Below, in pieces: positions 39,248 through 52,200 of a stretch of 64,000 nt of DNA (positions within the stretch are counted from its first letter, which is position 1; every line of letters begins with the position of its first letter). The notes below the pieces were generated by a model, which saw only the letters and a list, made by a program, of their open reading frames with translations, was not told where the DNA came from and ran no database searches. The stretch spans positions 2,278,200-2,342,199 of the forward strand of contig JAAOMT010000009.1 of the NCBI GenBank assembly GCA_016748015.1. The letters are read 5' to 3'. Source of the stretch: Geosiphon pyriformis uo1. Taxonomy: Eukaryota > Fungi > Glomeromycota. Both the position numbers and the translations under genes were made by a program.

Positions 39248-39907
39248 TTAATATTGAGCTTCATCAAAATCTAACTCTGTTAATTCCCTTTCTTGAAGTA
39301 TTTCCTGAATTTCATTTTCAAGAATTACTTGTGTTATTTGAGTCTGTAATTCTTCAAATTGAGTATTAGTGAGCTTTTTTAATTGATTACTGGTAATCAT
39401 ATCCATTGCTTTGTTGAATAAAATTTCTGGTCGATCCTGAAATGCTGTGTGTATTTGGTATATGGCTCAGGTCTGTGTGAATAAGTTGTTCTTTCTCACA
39501 AAATGTTCTAATTGTTGTAGTATTCTTATGTTGAATAATTGCTTTGTTTTATCCATATATAGATTCTAGATATTCATGTGTTGTCCCAAGTAAAAATAAC
39601 AATAGTTTCTTGGAAATTGTTGTATCCACCAATTCCAAGTTCCTTTAATCAACTCTTGGTATAATGACTCTTTTGTCAACTTTTTTATTGCTAATTTTAC
39701 TTTTGCAATAATTTTGTTAATAATATTTTCTGTTTTCTTCTATGTTCTATGTGACAATGTTTTTTTAGTGTCTTGATATCAGATGGTTTGTTGATTAATT
39801 GTAATTTCCATCTCTTGGTGTTGAATCAATTGAAAGAATTGTTGTGTTAGTGAATAGATGTTGTCTGTAATTTCTATTTTTCTGATATTTCTTGTTGCAT
39901 CTACCAT
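39248..39907 (-). pseudogene. ORF3 of B (219 codons)
   Basis: Hand translation: ...EITDNIYSLTQQFF...MEITINQQTI...YCYFYLGQ...AIYQIHTAF...NQLKKLTNTQFEELQTQIT...DFDEAQY*. Confidence 0.8.
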
Positions 39908-39931
39908 GTTTTTATATATTCTTTTGATGGA

Positions 39932-41314
39932 TTAATTTGACATGTTGTTGTCAATGATAATAATTGGTTCCAGATCTCATAGAATCTCCTCTGGTTGGAC
40001 TAGTATCTTCTGTACTTCTAATTGTGGAATATTACTGGTGGATGGTAGTGTAATGTTGTGGTATGGTTTCAGTTGATCTTTATGTGCTGCTTTGATTAAG
40101 ATTTTGTTATCCAGTCTTAATTTGTAAGCTCCATTCCCTAGAATTTCTTCTATATGAAATGGTCCATTCCATTTGGAGTCAAATTTTCCACTCCATTGTT
40201 TTTCTACTTTGGTATGATATAAGAGTACTTTGTCTTCAATCTTGAATTCAACTGGTTTGTCTGGTAGTTGATTATCATGTCTTTCTTTCTGTTTCTCTTG
40301 TGACTTTTGTATATTATCAGCTGCTCTTCTTTGTTTGTTTTCCAATGTTTCCATTAAGTTATATGTGTTTTTTAACAATGTTTTTTGGAAATTCTCTTTT
40401 GTTATTGGTTCAGTTAGATATGTGTTAACCTTTATCTTAACTGGTAATGTTGCTGTTCTACTGTATATCAATTCAAATAGTATTGCTTGTGTGGTGTTTT
40501 GCTTCATTGTTCAATAAGCAAATAATATTGATAGTATGAACAAATCCCATTTGTCCTGGTTTTTTTGGCTGAGTTTTGCTATTGTTTTACACAATGTTCT
40601 ATTAAATCTTTTAACTAATCCATTGGTTTGTAGATAGTATGGTAATAATAGTGGTCTTTTAATTCCGAATCTTTGGCTTAGTTCTGCTAATGTTCTATTC
40701 ACAAAATGGGTTCCTTGGTCTGATAATAGTTCTTTTGGACATCCATGTCAACAAATCAGATCTTGATAAATGAATTTGGCAATGGATTCTGCATCCACTC
40801 TTTGAATTGCTTTGGCTTCTGGTCATTTAGTAAAATAGTCTATGGCTACTGCAATATATTTGTTGCCTCTGCTAGTAATTGTCAATGGTCTGACTAAATC
40901 AATTTCAATGTGGTCAAATAGTTGTTCCACTTTGATTGGTCTCAATGGTTCACTGGGTCTTGTTCCTTCTTTTCTTTGACAAGCATCACAATTTTGCATA
41001 TATTGGATGATGTCTGGATACATTAATGGCCAATAATATCTCTTTCTGGTTTTTTCTATGGTTGCTTCTTTATGAAAATGTCCTGTAGTTGGATCTGAGT
41101 GCATGTTGAACAGTATTGTATCCTTTTCTGGTTCTGTAATTATTCTGGTTGGTTGATCTGAATTTTTTCTATTTTTCTGATAAAGTATATTTTGGTGAGT
41201 AATAAAATATTTGGATTGTTGTTTGATCCTCTTTTGTTTCGGTTGAGATAATTTCTCCTTGAACTGTTAAGTATCTATATAATGTTGAAGTTGTTAATAT
41301 TTTTGTGTGTTCAT
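39932..41314 (-). pseudogene. Stand-alone integrase ORF of B
   Basis: ATG at 41314 (MNTQKY); MHSDPTTGHF...CDAC, IDLVRPL, LSDQGTHF, KWNGPFHI. Confidence 0.92.
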
Positions 41315-41378
41315 CTTTTGTTATATTTTCATAAGTATTGTTTTGGTTTTGCTATATTTTTTTTGGGTTGAAATGTTC

Positions 41379-44300
41379 TTAGATTTGTCTTATTTGCAAC
41401 AAACTATTAGCATTTCTGTTGTCTTTTCCCTTTTTATAATGTATAGTATAAGTATATGTTGAAAGAGCCATTTTCCATCTTGACTGTCTTCTGTCTCCAA
41501 ATTCTTGTTTTTGGAGTGATGTTAATCTTTTGTAATCTGTGTACATCTCAAACTTTTGGCTCAAGTATTCTTTCCATTTCATAACTGCCCAATAGATTGC
41601 TAAATGTTTTAATTCTGGTGTTCCATAGTTCTTTTCAGCTGGAGTCAAACCTCGACTGGCATATATGACTAGATGTTCTCTTTCATCCAATTTTTTCTGA
41701 AATAGTACTGCTCCCAATACTTGACCTAATGCATCAGTAGTGATAATGAATGGTTTACTATGATCTGGATAGATCAATACTGGAGCTTAGATAAGCTTTT
41801 TTCTTAAGATGTCAAATGCTTCTTGCTGGGTTTCAGTTCATTCATACTTTGCATTTTTGGTTTGAAGATCATTGAGTGGTTGTACTATCTTTGAAAAGTT
41901 TTTTATAAAGCATCTATAATAGCTTGCGAATTCCAAGAATAATTTCAGCTTGGTTACGTTGGTTGGTATTGGAAAGTTTTTTACTATCTCTATTTTCTCT
42001 GAATCTGTTTTTATGCCATTTTTGCTAATTATGTGTCCCAAGAATTTTAGCTTTGTTTTGCCAAAAAAACACTTTGTTGCATTCAATTTTAATCTTGCTT
42101 GTTGTAGTTTTTCAAACACTTGTTGGAGATGATGTAGATAATCATTAAATGTTTTTGAGAACACATTGGTGTCATTTAAGTATACAACTACTGATTTCCA
42201 CAATAAGCCAGTATACACAATTTCTATTAGCTGTTGGAATGTAGCTGGAGCATTGGTTAAGCCGAATGGCATAACTTCAAACTCAAAGTTTCCCTCTCTT
42301 GTAGTGAATGCCATTTTTTCTTTGTTGGCTGGATCTATGGCTACTTGCCAGTAACCACTATCCAAGTCTAATGTTGAAAACTATTTGTTTCCACCAAAAG
42401 TGTCGAATAGTTCTTGTATCCATGAAGTTGGATAGCTGTCTTCATGAGTTACACCATTGAGTTTTCTGTAGTCTACACAAAATCAGATTTTTCCATTCTT
42501 CTTATGGATAAGTACTACTGGTAATAACTATGGGCTCATTGATGACTGAATTAACCTATTGTCAAGCATTTGGTTGATCTCTTGATGGATGATTTCATGG
42601 CTGGCTAGTGGTACCCTGTATACTTACTGTTTGATTGGCATTACATCTCCAGTCTTGATCTGATGCTGTATAATATCAGTTCTGCCAAATTTGTTTTTAC
42701 TGGTGAAGATGTCATTGAAATTATTAAGTAACATCTTTAGTTGCATCTGTTAAAGTGGGTCTAGATTTCTCATGTTCATCTGTTCCAATTGTTCTGGCTG
42801 TAACAGATAACATTTGTTTTGTTCATAGATGGTTTGTGATGTAATGTCCACATATTCACAAAGCTGTGAAAAATCTGGAATGCTGCTTGGTGCTTGATCT
42901 TTAATTTCCATGGTTAAATATTCAAGAGTGGTTCTTTCCAGTATCTCTACAACATTTCTGGTGTTGTTATAGATGAGAATTTTGATATGGTTATGGCTCT
43001 TGGCTGGTATGTGTAGATTGATAAGTCCAATTTTTCTTGATTCACAAAGAGTTGCTTCTGCTTCAAAAATCTGTTCTTGTTTCTTCTCTCTCTTTTTTAT
43101 TGCTAACATGTATCGACTATATGGTAGAATAGAAATTGTTTGACTGGTTGAGATAATTTCTCCACCATATTGACTGGTACATCTATTCTACTCATTGATC
43201 CAAATCCCTGTATCCCTCTTGCTGTTATCCCTAATTTTTCTCTATTTTCTACTAACACTAACTGAGCTATTTTAACCAGAAGCAGAAATATTGCCTGTGC
43301 TATCCTTTTATTTGGCTCTATAACATAGGCCTTTTCTGAGTCATTTTGTAGCATAGCAATAATATTTTCTATATACCCTGCATCAATTATTCCTCCTCTG
43401 ATGTTTATTCCTCTTTTTGTTAAACTACTCCTCGAAACTAGTTGAACCATTGTTGTTGCTGGAATTTTCAGTGTTATTTTCAGATCGATGCAAGTATGCG
43501 AATGGAATTCCAATTTGATGGTGTTTTTTCTTAGATATCTTAGATCAAATCCTGCATCAGTATCATGCACACATTTTGGCATGATATCTTTATCATTATC
43601 ACTGAACCATTTTAGTTCTTGCTCCTTAGTGAGATCAGAGAGTGTGATATATTGTTCATAGTTTGAATTGGAGTTTGAATCTGAGTTGGAATCATTGTCA
43701 TTGTTATAGCTATTTTGAATGGAGCTGGAACTGTTATTTTCATTATTGTCATTGTCGGAGTTTGAATTGGGGTTGAAACTCAATTCTAATTCTGATGCAC
43801 AGCTGTTGATTGGTTCTTCTTTTTTGGGGATTGTATAGATCATGCGTGGTGGTAGATTGTAGATGAGGTCACAATCATCACAGAATTGGAAGTCACATGG
43901 AATCAAACAGTGTTCACATAATTAGGTGTTGATTTTTTTCAAGTGTTGCTTTTGCTCTTCTCTCGTGGGTGCTAGATTCTGATAGTGTTCATGGAATTCT
44001 TCTGGGCTGTTTTCTATGTCAATAAAGACATCCGGGTTAAGAACCAAAACAATGTCTGTTGGTTCTGAAGAGTTATTCTTGATCTCCAGAATTTCCTTGG
44101 GCGAAGTGCCTTCTACTTTGGCATTGGCCATTCACCAGATCTTATCCTTATCATGTGGATAGCCATTTAAGCAAAATATAGCTCGGTGCCATGCTGCTGT
44201 GATGGGTGTACCATGACTTACCCAGTCGCTGATGAGGATCATGTATTGGCATAAAGCATCACATGTTCCTCCTTAACCAGGAATGTTGTCTTATATTCCT

Positions 44301-47300
44301 TTATCAAGTAATTGTTCTCCACAAGCGAGACATAGTTCGTTGTCCCATTTGTCTTGTCTTTTTGGGTAATCATATCATTTCCTATGGTAGGGCTTGCAAT
44401 AGTAATGGATTCATGTTTAGTAGTCTTTGTCTGGTGCTATCCAAGCTCCCATTAAGGACAGTTTTTTCTTATAGTTCTTGCATTTAAGAGGTATATATAA
44501 TGGCTCTTTTATAGGTTTACATGAGTATTCTCTTTCCCAGCCACTAGTTATTTTTTCTACAGTAGTGGTTTCTTCAGGTATGTTTTCTTCCCTTTCTTTC
44601 CCTTTTTTCTTGTTCTTTTCTTCCCAATCTAGAATTGGTGGCATCTTGCTTTGGTTGTTGTCAGTCCAAGCATTGATGGTGGCTTTCCAGGTAGATTCTT
44701 TTCTTTGTTTCTTCTTTTCATTGTCGTTGTTGTCCCAGGCAAGTATTGGTGGCAGTTTGTTGTGATCAATGTCGGTCCACAAGACTTGTTACACTTTCCA
44801 GGTGGGTTTTATTTTTTCTTTCTCAAATTCAATAAGTGGTATTAATAGCATGGTGATGGGCTTGAAGTGGCCACACATGGTTGGTATCTGTGTGTGTTGA
44901 CCATTCTGGCTAAGCTGGAGCTTTTGGGTGTTCCAATCTAGGGTCGCATTGGTTTTGAACAGCCAGTCATTCTCAATGAGTGCTTGGTATTGAGTGGCTT
45001 TCATGACAAGTACTTTGATTGGTACTATAATGCCATTGACTTCTATGGGAAATCATCAATCTCTCCAATGGGTGTTTTGGTCACTCTATTGGCTGTAATA
45101 ATCCTGGTGCTGGCAGTGCGATCAACTTGGTGACTTAATTGATCTATGAATTGTCTTGTGATGATGCTGCCAGCTGATCCACTATCTAGGATCAGTTTAA
45201 TAGAGTGACCATCAACTTTCACATTAGTGTACATCATGGTGATGGGTTTCTCCTTGAGTGCTGCTTTACTGAACAAAGGTGGATTGATGGTTTCCTCCAA
45301 TTCAAAAAGAAGAATGGCTGTGAGAGATTTGTTTTCAGTGACCGTTGCTGGTGAAATATTGTTGGTGAGTGTTGTTTGGGGTGGGTTGAATTCCAAGTTG
45401 TTGGTGGTGGCATCTTTTGGGGTAACCAGCAGACTTAAATAGTTCTGGGAATTCGGGTTTTGGGTAGAACCAGTACCTGAATTCCACTGTTGAGAGCCTG
45501 ATGGTTGGTGAGAAGAGCTGAGGATCAGTTGATGAACAACTATTGCTGATCTCCAGTTTTGAGTGATTCTAGGTCTTGGGTTTCTTGATGTCATTTGAGT
45601 GGAGTTTTGGAGTGGTGTTTGAATTGGTTGTTGGGGCTAATAAATTATTTGGGGCTGTGGCTGATAAATTACCAGTGGCTGCAGTTAATAAATTGGAGAT
45701 TGATATACTGGTGGTTGATAGATTGGTTGCTGTATTATTGGCAGATAAGTGGTTTGATATTGGTCTTGATTTAGGTAGTAATTCTGAGTCTGAAATCTGT
45801 GATTGGGGTTTTAATATTGATTTCCTGATCATGGATTGTTGCTATAAAATTAACAGTTAGCTCTAATGTGACCTTGTTTATTACAGTTGTGGCAAACATG
45901 CATTTCTGACTGCCACGGCTGATTGGGTAATAATGATGATGATGATGTTGATGAACATGGCTGATTTTGGAAACGATTCATGTTTCCTGAATTATTGCAT
46001 CATTGTGGTGGTTGATAGATTGCACAATTGTCAGCTAAGTATCCTTCTAGTTTCTGATTGATTGTATCACAGAATTGTTTTAGTTTGGAATCCAAGTCAG
46101 ATGATTCATTTATTACTAAATTTACAGCTTGGGCATGGTTGACTTCTAGCTTGGCTGCTTCAAAATCTCTGGCATGGGTGATGGTGGTTGGGAGGTTAAC
46201 TGGATGCTACTGCACAATCCTCTGATGAACTGGTTCAAGATCTGTGACACTGTAAAGTAATCAGCTTGGATTGCCTGAATTTGGCACAGATTTCTATGGA
46301 AGCATCCCAAATAAGTGGTGACTGCTTCTGTGTCCCCTTGTTTAATAGTGGTAAATGTGTTGGTCAAGTGATTAATACTATTGTTATTACTAAAGTATTT
46401 CAAAAATTCTGTTTTGAACTCATTGAAGGTTTGTGATTTGGTGGCTAGGCTCTGATACCATGAGTCAGCGGTATCTTTGAGAAAATAGAGAATTGCTTAA
46501 AAGGCTCTACTGTTGTTCCATCCGTTAACCACTATGGCTTTTTTAATGTCGTTGAGCCATATTTGGGCATCATCCTCTTCACCGGTAAAATTGTCAAGTT
46601 TTGTGATTAGTGCATAAGTCATTGGATCTAAGTTGGATTGTTGTGGTAGTAGTTGAAGTGGTTGTTGTTGCACAGGTTGTTGGGGTGGTAATTAAAGTAG
46701 TGGTTGTATGGGTTTGGCTATTGGATTAATCGGTGATTGATTAATGACGATTACTGGAGGTAAGTTTTGTTGATTTATTAAATCGGGGTTTCGATTATTC
46801 TGAGTTGGCAATGTCTGAATATTTGGAGTTTCAATTTCTGGATTTTTTGGGTTTAAATTTTGCTGGGTTTGAAGATTTGGGATTTCAAATTCTATGTTTT
46901 CAGTGATCGGATTCTGGTAAGTAAATACTTAATCTTCAGCTTCTTTTTCTTCCTTTTCTTCTGATTCCATTATATTCCACAAATCAGAAATTCCGAAATC
47001 TGAGGGAGGCAGTGGCGATTGGAGTCCTGATAGCATTGATGATTGCGAGTTAAATTCTTCAAAATATGCACCATATGGTCCTAATAACTCTGCTTTCTTT
47101 TGTTTACTTTGGAATAAGAATTGTCTAAATGCTGATGTCATGTTTGATGTGGCTGTGCCAGTAGATGTAATATTAATGGCACTTTTGGATATATAGTGGT
47201 ATAATAGATTAGTTGGGGACTCAACTCTTGTTTTCTTCCAAGTAGGTGGTTATATTTTTTTGGGTGTTACTGCTGGTGTTTGCAGTTTTCCTTTGCCTTT

Positions 47301-47615
47301 GCTTGTGTAAGTAATGGGGTATCTTTGCTGTATGTGGTGTTCAATTTTTTTGTTGATTTCTGTGATGATGGAGGCGAAATTGTGATTTGTTGGCAGATTG
47401 GTATTTTGAATTAATTCACTATAAAAGACTTCTCTTGCTAATTTGATATTTACTGGTGTTTTTAACAAATAGACAATTCTTTCATTGATGTAGAAATTAA
47501 AAGCTAATTCTACTGATATGTGGTTGTGATTTAATCTCAAATGTTAACAGTAGTGTTAAAATAAGGATTTCACGAATTCTAGATGGTTTGCTCCTATGTT
47601 TTCTGATTCTGCCAC
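41379..47615 (-). pseudogene. ORF1 of B: gag-PR-Cys-rich-dUTPase-RT-RNase H
   Basis: Capsid Met at 46622; CHNCNKQGHIRANC; LILDSGSAGS; dUTPase; MPFGLTNAPATFQ; TTDALG; stop after IRQI. Confidence 0.92.
43190..43610 (-). pseudogene. dut: dUTPase domain of B
   Basis: All five trimeric dUTPase motifs: DAGFDL, SRSSL, GIIDAGY, RIAQAI, RGIQGFGS. Confidence 0.92.
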
Positions 47616-47655
47616 TTTTAAATTTGTGTTGGTGCTGGTTCTCTATAGGATTATA

Positions 47656-47672
47656 CCTCACAGGGAGCACCA
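47656..47672 (-). promoter_or_regulatory. PBS of B, TGGTGCTCCCTGTGAGG (elongator tRNA-Met-like)
   Basis: Complement CCUCACAGGGAGCACCA resembles the 3' end of eukaryotic elongator tRNA-Met. Confidence 0.8.
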
Positions 47673-47674
47673 AA

Positions 47675-48546
47675 TGTTACAGATGACTATTTCTGGTGTT
47701 GGATTAAATAACAAACTCATAACTTGGTGCTCAAATCTAGTTATAGTTGATAGTAATCTGAAGGTTTATGTCTGAAAAGTTTGTATCCGAAAGGTTTGGT
47801 TGAGTTCTTTGTATAATAGACAGAGATTCAATGATAATAGTTTTATCCATAGCTTCTCGAAACTGCAGTTTTGTCAATTTTTTTCTCAGCTTGATGGCTG
47901 GTATTCCTCCTGGTAAGCTATCTTCAATCGAGTCTTCTACCCTTATTTCTGGGTCTTTTACCAGTCACATTTATCCTGATATTAGTACCCTGTGCATTAA
48001 TCCTTAATAGAGTTAGTAAACAACAATAAAATTAAAGCAAAAAATAAAGAAAAGAAAAGAAAATAAAGAAAGAAAAGAAATAAGCCAAGGCAATTTGCAA
48101 GTTAGTATTCCGTTAATAGCTATAATTAAGAGCTATTGTTCTAGCATGGTTAAGTATCAATTACTATTAACATGAAGTGTTAATAGTGGCAGCAGGTTTG
48201 AGATAACAAACAGTTTATTTATTTGTAATTTGGAAAGTTGTCTAGATGAAATCTAAACTGAAAGGTCTGTCTTTTTAGCTTCTAATTCTACTGCTATATA
48301 TACATAATTGAGATTCCTCAATTTCTTAATTCTTCACAACAGGAATCTTGGGATTCCTGGAATTCTGCAATTTCTTTGAGAGGAATCTTAGAATTCTGGA
48401 ATCCTGCAATTCCTTGTGAGAATCCTGTAATTCTTGAAATCCTGCAATTCCTGAGAGAAATCCTGGAATTCCACATTTTACTACATCTACTTCTGATTGG
48501 TTAATAACTATGCTAATATATATTTTCTATATTTCTATGAGTAACA
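47675..48546 (-). repeat. 5' LTR of B
   Basis: Pairs with 38372-39234; adjacent to the PBS. Confidence 0.95.
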
Positions 48547-49205
48547 ATGTGAGCACATTGCTCAAGAAATCATAGCACATTACTTGAAAATGTGAATAAT
48601 CTCATAAAACATCAATTATGTATATATAATGGTAGCATTAAAAGAAAAAAAGAAAGACCTCTCAGTTTAGATTTGATCTAAGCAATCTTTTACATCACAA
48701 ATATCAATAAATAATTATTTAATTATCTTAAATTCACTTCTTACTATTAACACTTTATGTTGATAGTAATTAATACTTAACTATACTGGAACAATAGCTC
48801 TTGATTATGGCTATTAACAGGATATTAGCATTTATTGTCTTGGTCTATTTCTTTATTTTTTTTTATTTTTCTTTGTTATTTTTGTTTACTAATTTATAGA
48901 GAATTAAGTGCTGAATTATTGACATCAAGAATAGCCTGGTAAAAGACCCCAAAGAAAGGGTATAACAATGAAAATTTAAGAATAGCTTACCAGAAGAGCA
49001 TTTCTGCCAGATTACTAACCACCATGCTGAGAAAAAAATTGGGCAGAATTACAATTTCAGAAGGCTACTGAAACAATTATTGAATCTCTGTTCATTATAC
49101 AAAGAACTCTACCAAAATTTTCAGATATCAACACTATTATATTAGTTGAATACCAAGTTATGGGTTTGTTATTTGCTTTGAAACCCCAAATAATTACCTG
49201 TAACA
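48547..49205 (+). repeat. 5' LTR of C (first ~125 nt missing)
   Basis: Aligns to the 3' LTR from ~57609; ends CCTGTAACA before the PBS. Confidence 0.9.
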
Positions 49206-49267
49206 TTTGGTGCTTTCTGTGAAGTATAATTCTACAGAGAACCAACACCAACAACCATTATTCAAAA

Positions 49268-52200
49268 GTGACAGAATTAGAAATAATAGGGACAAACCAT
49301 TTAGAATTCACTAAATCTTTATTCCAACAGTACAGCCAATAATTGGACTTAACCAACAACCATTATCCAGTGGAATCAGCCTTTAACTTTTATGTCAATG
49401 AAAGAATCCCAGATTTTTTGGGAAGACCAGTTAACATTGAATTAGCAAGAAAAAATTTCTATACAGAACTAATTCAACATATTAGCTTACCACAAAATTA
49501 CAGTTTTGTACCAATTATCAGAGAAATTAATCAAAAAATTGAAAGATACACTCAACAACAATTCCCCATCACCTATGCAAATAAAAGTAAAAAAAAGTTA
49601 CAAACACCAACAGCAATTCCAAAAAGAATACAATTACCAACATAGAAGAAACAAAGAATTGAATCTCTATTATATCCATCATACCATCACATACCTGAAA
49701 GCACCATCAATATTATATTAGCAGGTGTGTCCACATCAAATGTGATATCAACATTTGAACAACTACCATTTTAAAGTAAACAAAAAAAAGTGGAATTATT
49801 AGGAACTTACAACAATTATTTCGAAAAATTTAAATTGTAATTACCAATGCTATCAGGATTCCAATCACCACCACCTCCACCAGATTTCGGAACCGCAAGT
49901 TCTTGGGAGATAACAGCATCAGAAATTTAATTATCAAAACCCAATCCCAGAAAACTCAAAATTTAAAAACCCAAACAATTCAAACCCCAATAATATTAAT
50001 TAGCAAAATCAGAACCATCAAAACTCTGATTTAATTAATCAACTGAACTTATCTCCAGAAATTGTCATTGATTAGCCACCCATTGAACTGATTCAGCAAC
50101 CACTTTAATAACTACATCCATCACTAATACAACCACAACAATCGATTACATAAATGGCATATATACTAATCACAAAACTTAAAAAATTCATGGGCGAAGA
50201 AGATGACATCCAAGTATAACTCAATGACATAGAAAAAGCCATCATGGCTAATGGATGGAATGATGTCAGAGCCATGCAAGCCATCTCATATTTTTTTCAG
50301 AATACTGCCAACTCATGATATCAAAGCTTAGCCAACAAATCTCAGAACTTCAATGTATTTAAGCTTGCATTTTTACAATATTTCAGCAATAATAATAATA
50401 TTAATCATCTAGCAAATACCTTTACCACTATTAAACAAGAAAAAAATGAAGTAGTCGCTATCTACTTAGGATGCTTCCATAAAAATCTGCACCAAATTCA
50501 GGCAATTCAAGCCAATTATTTTACAGCACCACAAATTCTAAATCAATTCATTAGAGGTCTGTGCAGTAGCATTTTTCAACACATACATCCATTACATCTA
50601 ACAGACCTTTAAGCCACAGTCATCTACACCAGAGATTTTGAAGCTGCTGAATTAGAAGCCAACTATGTTCAAGCTGTAAATTTAGTGATAAACAGATTAT
50701 CTGACTTGAATTTTAAATTGAAGCAATTTAGTAAATCAATCAATCAAAAATTAGAGAAATACTTAGTTGACAATTGCACAATTTATTAACCTCCCTAACA
50801 ATACAATAATCAAGGAAACTTCAATTATTTTCAAAATCAATTGTGTTTATCATCATTAATCAATCAACAGTGGCAATCAAAAATGTGTTTGCCACTATTG
50901 TGGTAAACAAGAACATTTACAGTTTGAATGTTGCAAAAAGATAAATAACCAACAATTAGGAAATCAATATTGAAACCCCGATCACCAGTTTTAAACTCTG
51001 AATCAATACCCAAATTAGAATCAATACTCATCCTATTATACCCAAATAATTTAATAGCCAATTTATCAACTATCAGTGTATCAAGCTCTAATTTATCAAC
51101 TGACAACACTTATAATTTATTAGCTGCAGCCACAACCTATCTATCAACCACAGTCCCAAGTAATATATCAGCTTCCACAAATTCAAACACTGCCACAAAA
51201 CAGAATCCAAAAACTGAAAATAACACAACAAAGCTGGAGATTGGTAATAGTAGTTCATTAATTGATTCTCAGTTTTTTAATTCAACCATTGGGATCTTGA
51301 CAGTGGAATTTGGGCACCAAATACACCTAAAACCTGAATTCTCAACACTATTTAAGTCTCCTGGTTATTCCAAAAGATGTCTTATCCAACAACCAGAAAC
51401 CCAACCAAAACAAATCACATATCAACAACATATCTCCAGCCACCATAATCAATAATAAATTGCTAACAGCAATTTTTTTATTTAAATTCGAAGAACCATT
51501 ATCTATGCCATTGTTCAGTAGAGTTATGTTCGAAGAAAAACCAATCACTACTATGTACATTAATGCTAAAGTTGATGGCCACTTCATCAAACTTATACTA
51601 AATAGCAAGTTAACAGACAGTATTATTACATGACAACTTATGGACCAATTAAGTTGCTGAATTGATTGCACTGCCAGTATAACTACTAATGAAGTGACCA
51701 AAACTCCAATTGACAAGATTGATGATCTTTTTATAGAAGTAAACAGCATTATCATACCAATTAAAGTATTAGTTATAGAAGCCACTCAGTATCAAGCTCT
51801 TGTTGGCAATAACTGGTTGTTCAAGACCAATGCAACACTCAATTGGAACATACAAAAGCTCCAACTCAGCCAAAATAATTAATACACACATATACCAGCC
51901 ATGTGTGATCACTTTAAACCCATTACTATGTCATTAGCACCCCTTATTGAGTTTGACAACAAAAAAAAACCTACTTGGGAAGCCTACCAAGTCTCTTGGG
52001 CTGATGATAACCACAACAAATTACCACCAATATTGTCTTAGAATGACAAAAAAAAGAAAAAAAGAAAAAAAAAACATGTTTAAGAAACTGACCAAGGATC
52101 GTGGACTAATAACAACTAAGTCAAGCCATTACCAATTTGGACTTAAGAAGAAAAAAAAAAAGGAAAGAAAAGAGAAAAACCAGTCTTAGCTACTGCTTCA

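Larger units (their letters stand above)
38372..48546 (-). mobile_element. Apparently full-length Ty3/Gypsy element B (10.2 kb) with dUTPase; no matching TSD
   Basis: LTRs 38372-39234 and 47675-48546; PBS 47672-47656; PPT 39235-39250. Confidence 0.93.

Noticed and set aside
39932-40200. Chromodomain at the integrase C-terminus
   Set aside because: After the GPF/Y module there is only a short tail ending LEPIIII; no chromodomain motif.
45569-45832. Apparent gag/pol +1 frameshift suggested by S/T/N-rich ORFs (also 50970-51455)
   Set aside because: In B the CCHC knuckle, Q/P-rich linker and protease read in one frame once CAA>TAA and CGA>TGA stops are ignored; the listed ORFs are off-frame shadows.
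47656-47672. tRNA gene fragment
   Set aside because: Only 17 nt of complementarity next to an LTR; it is a PBS.
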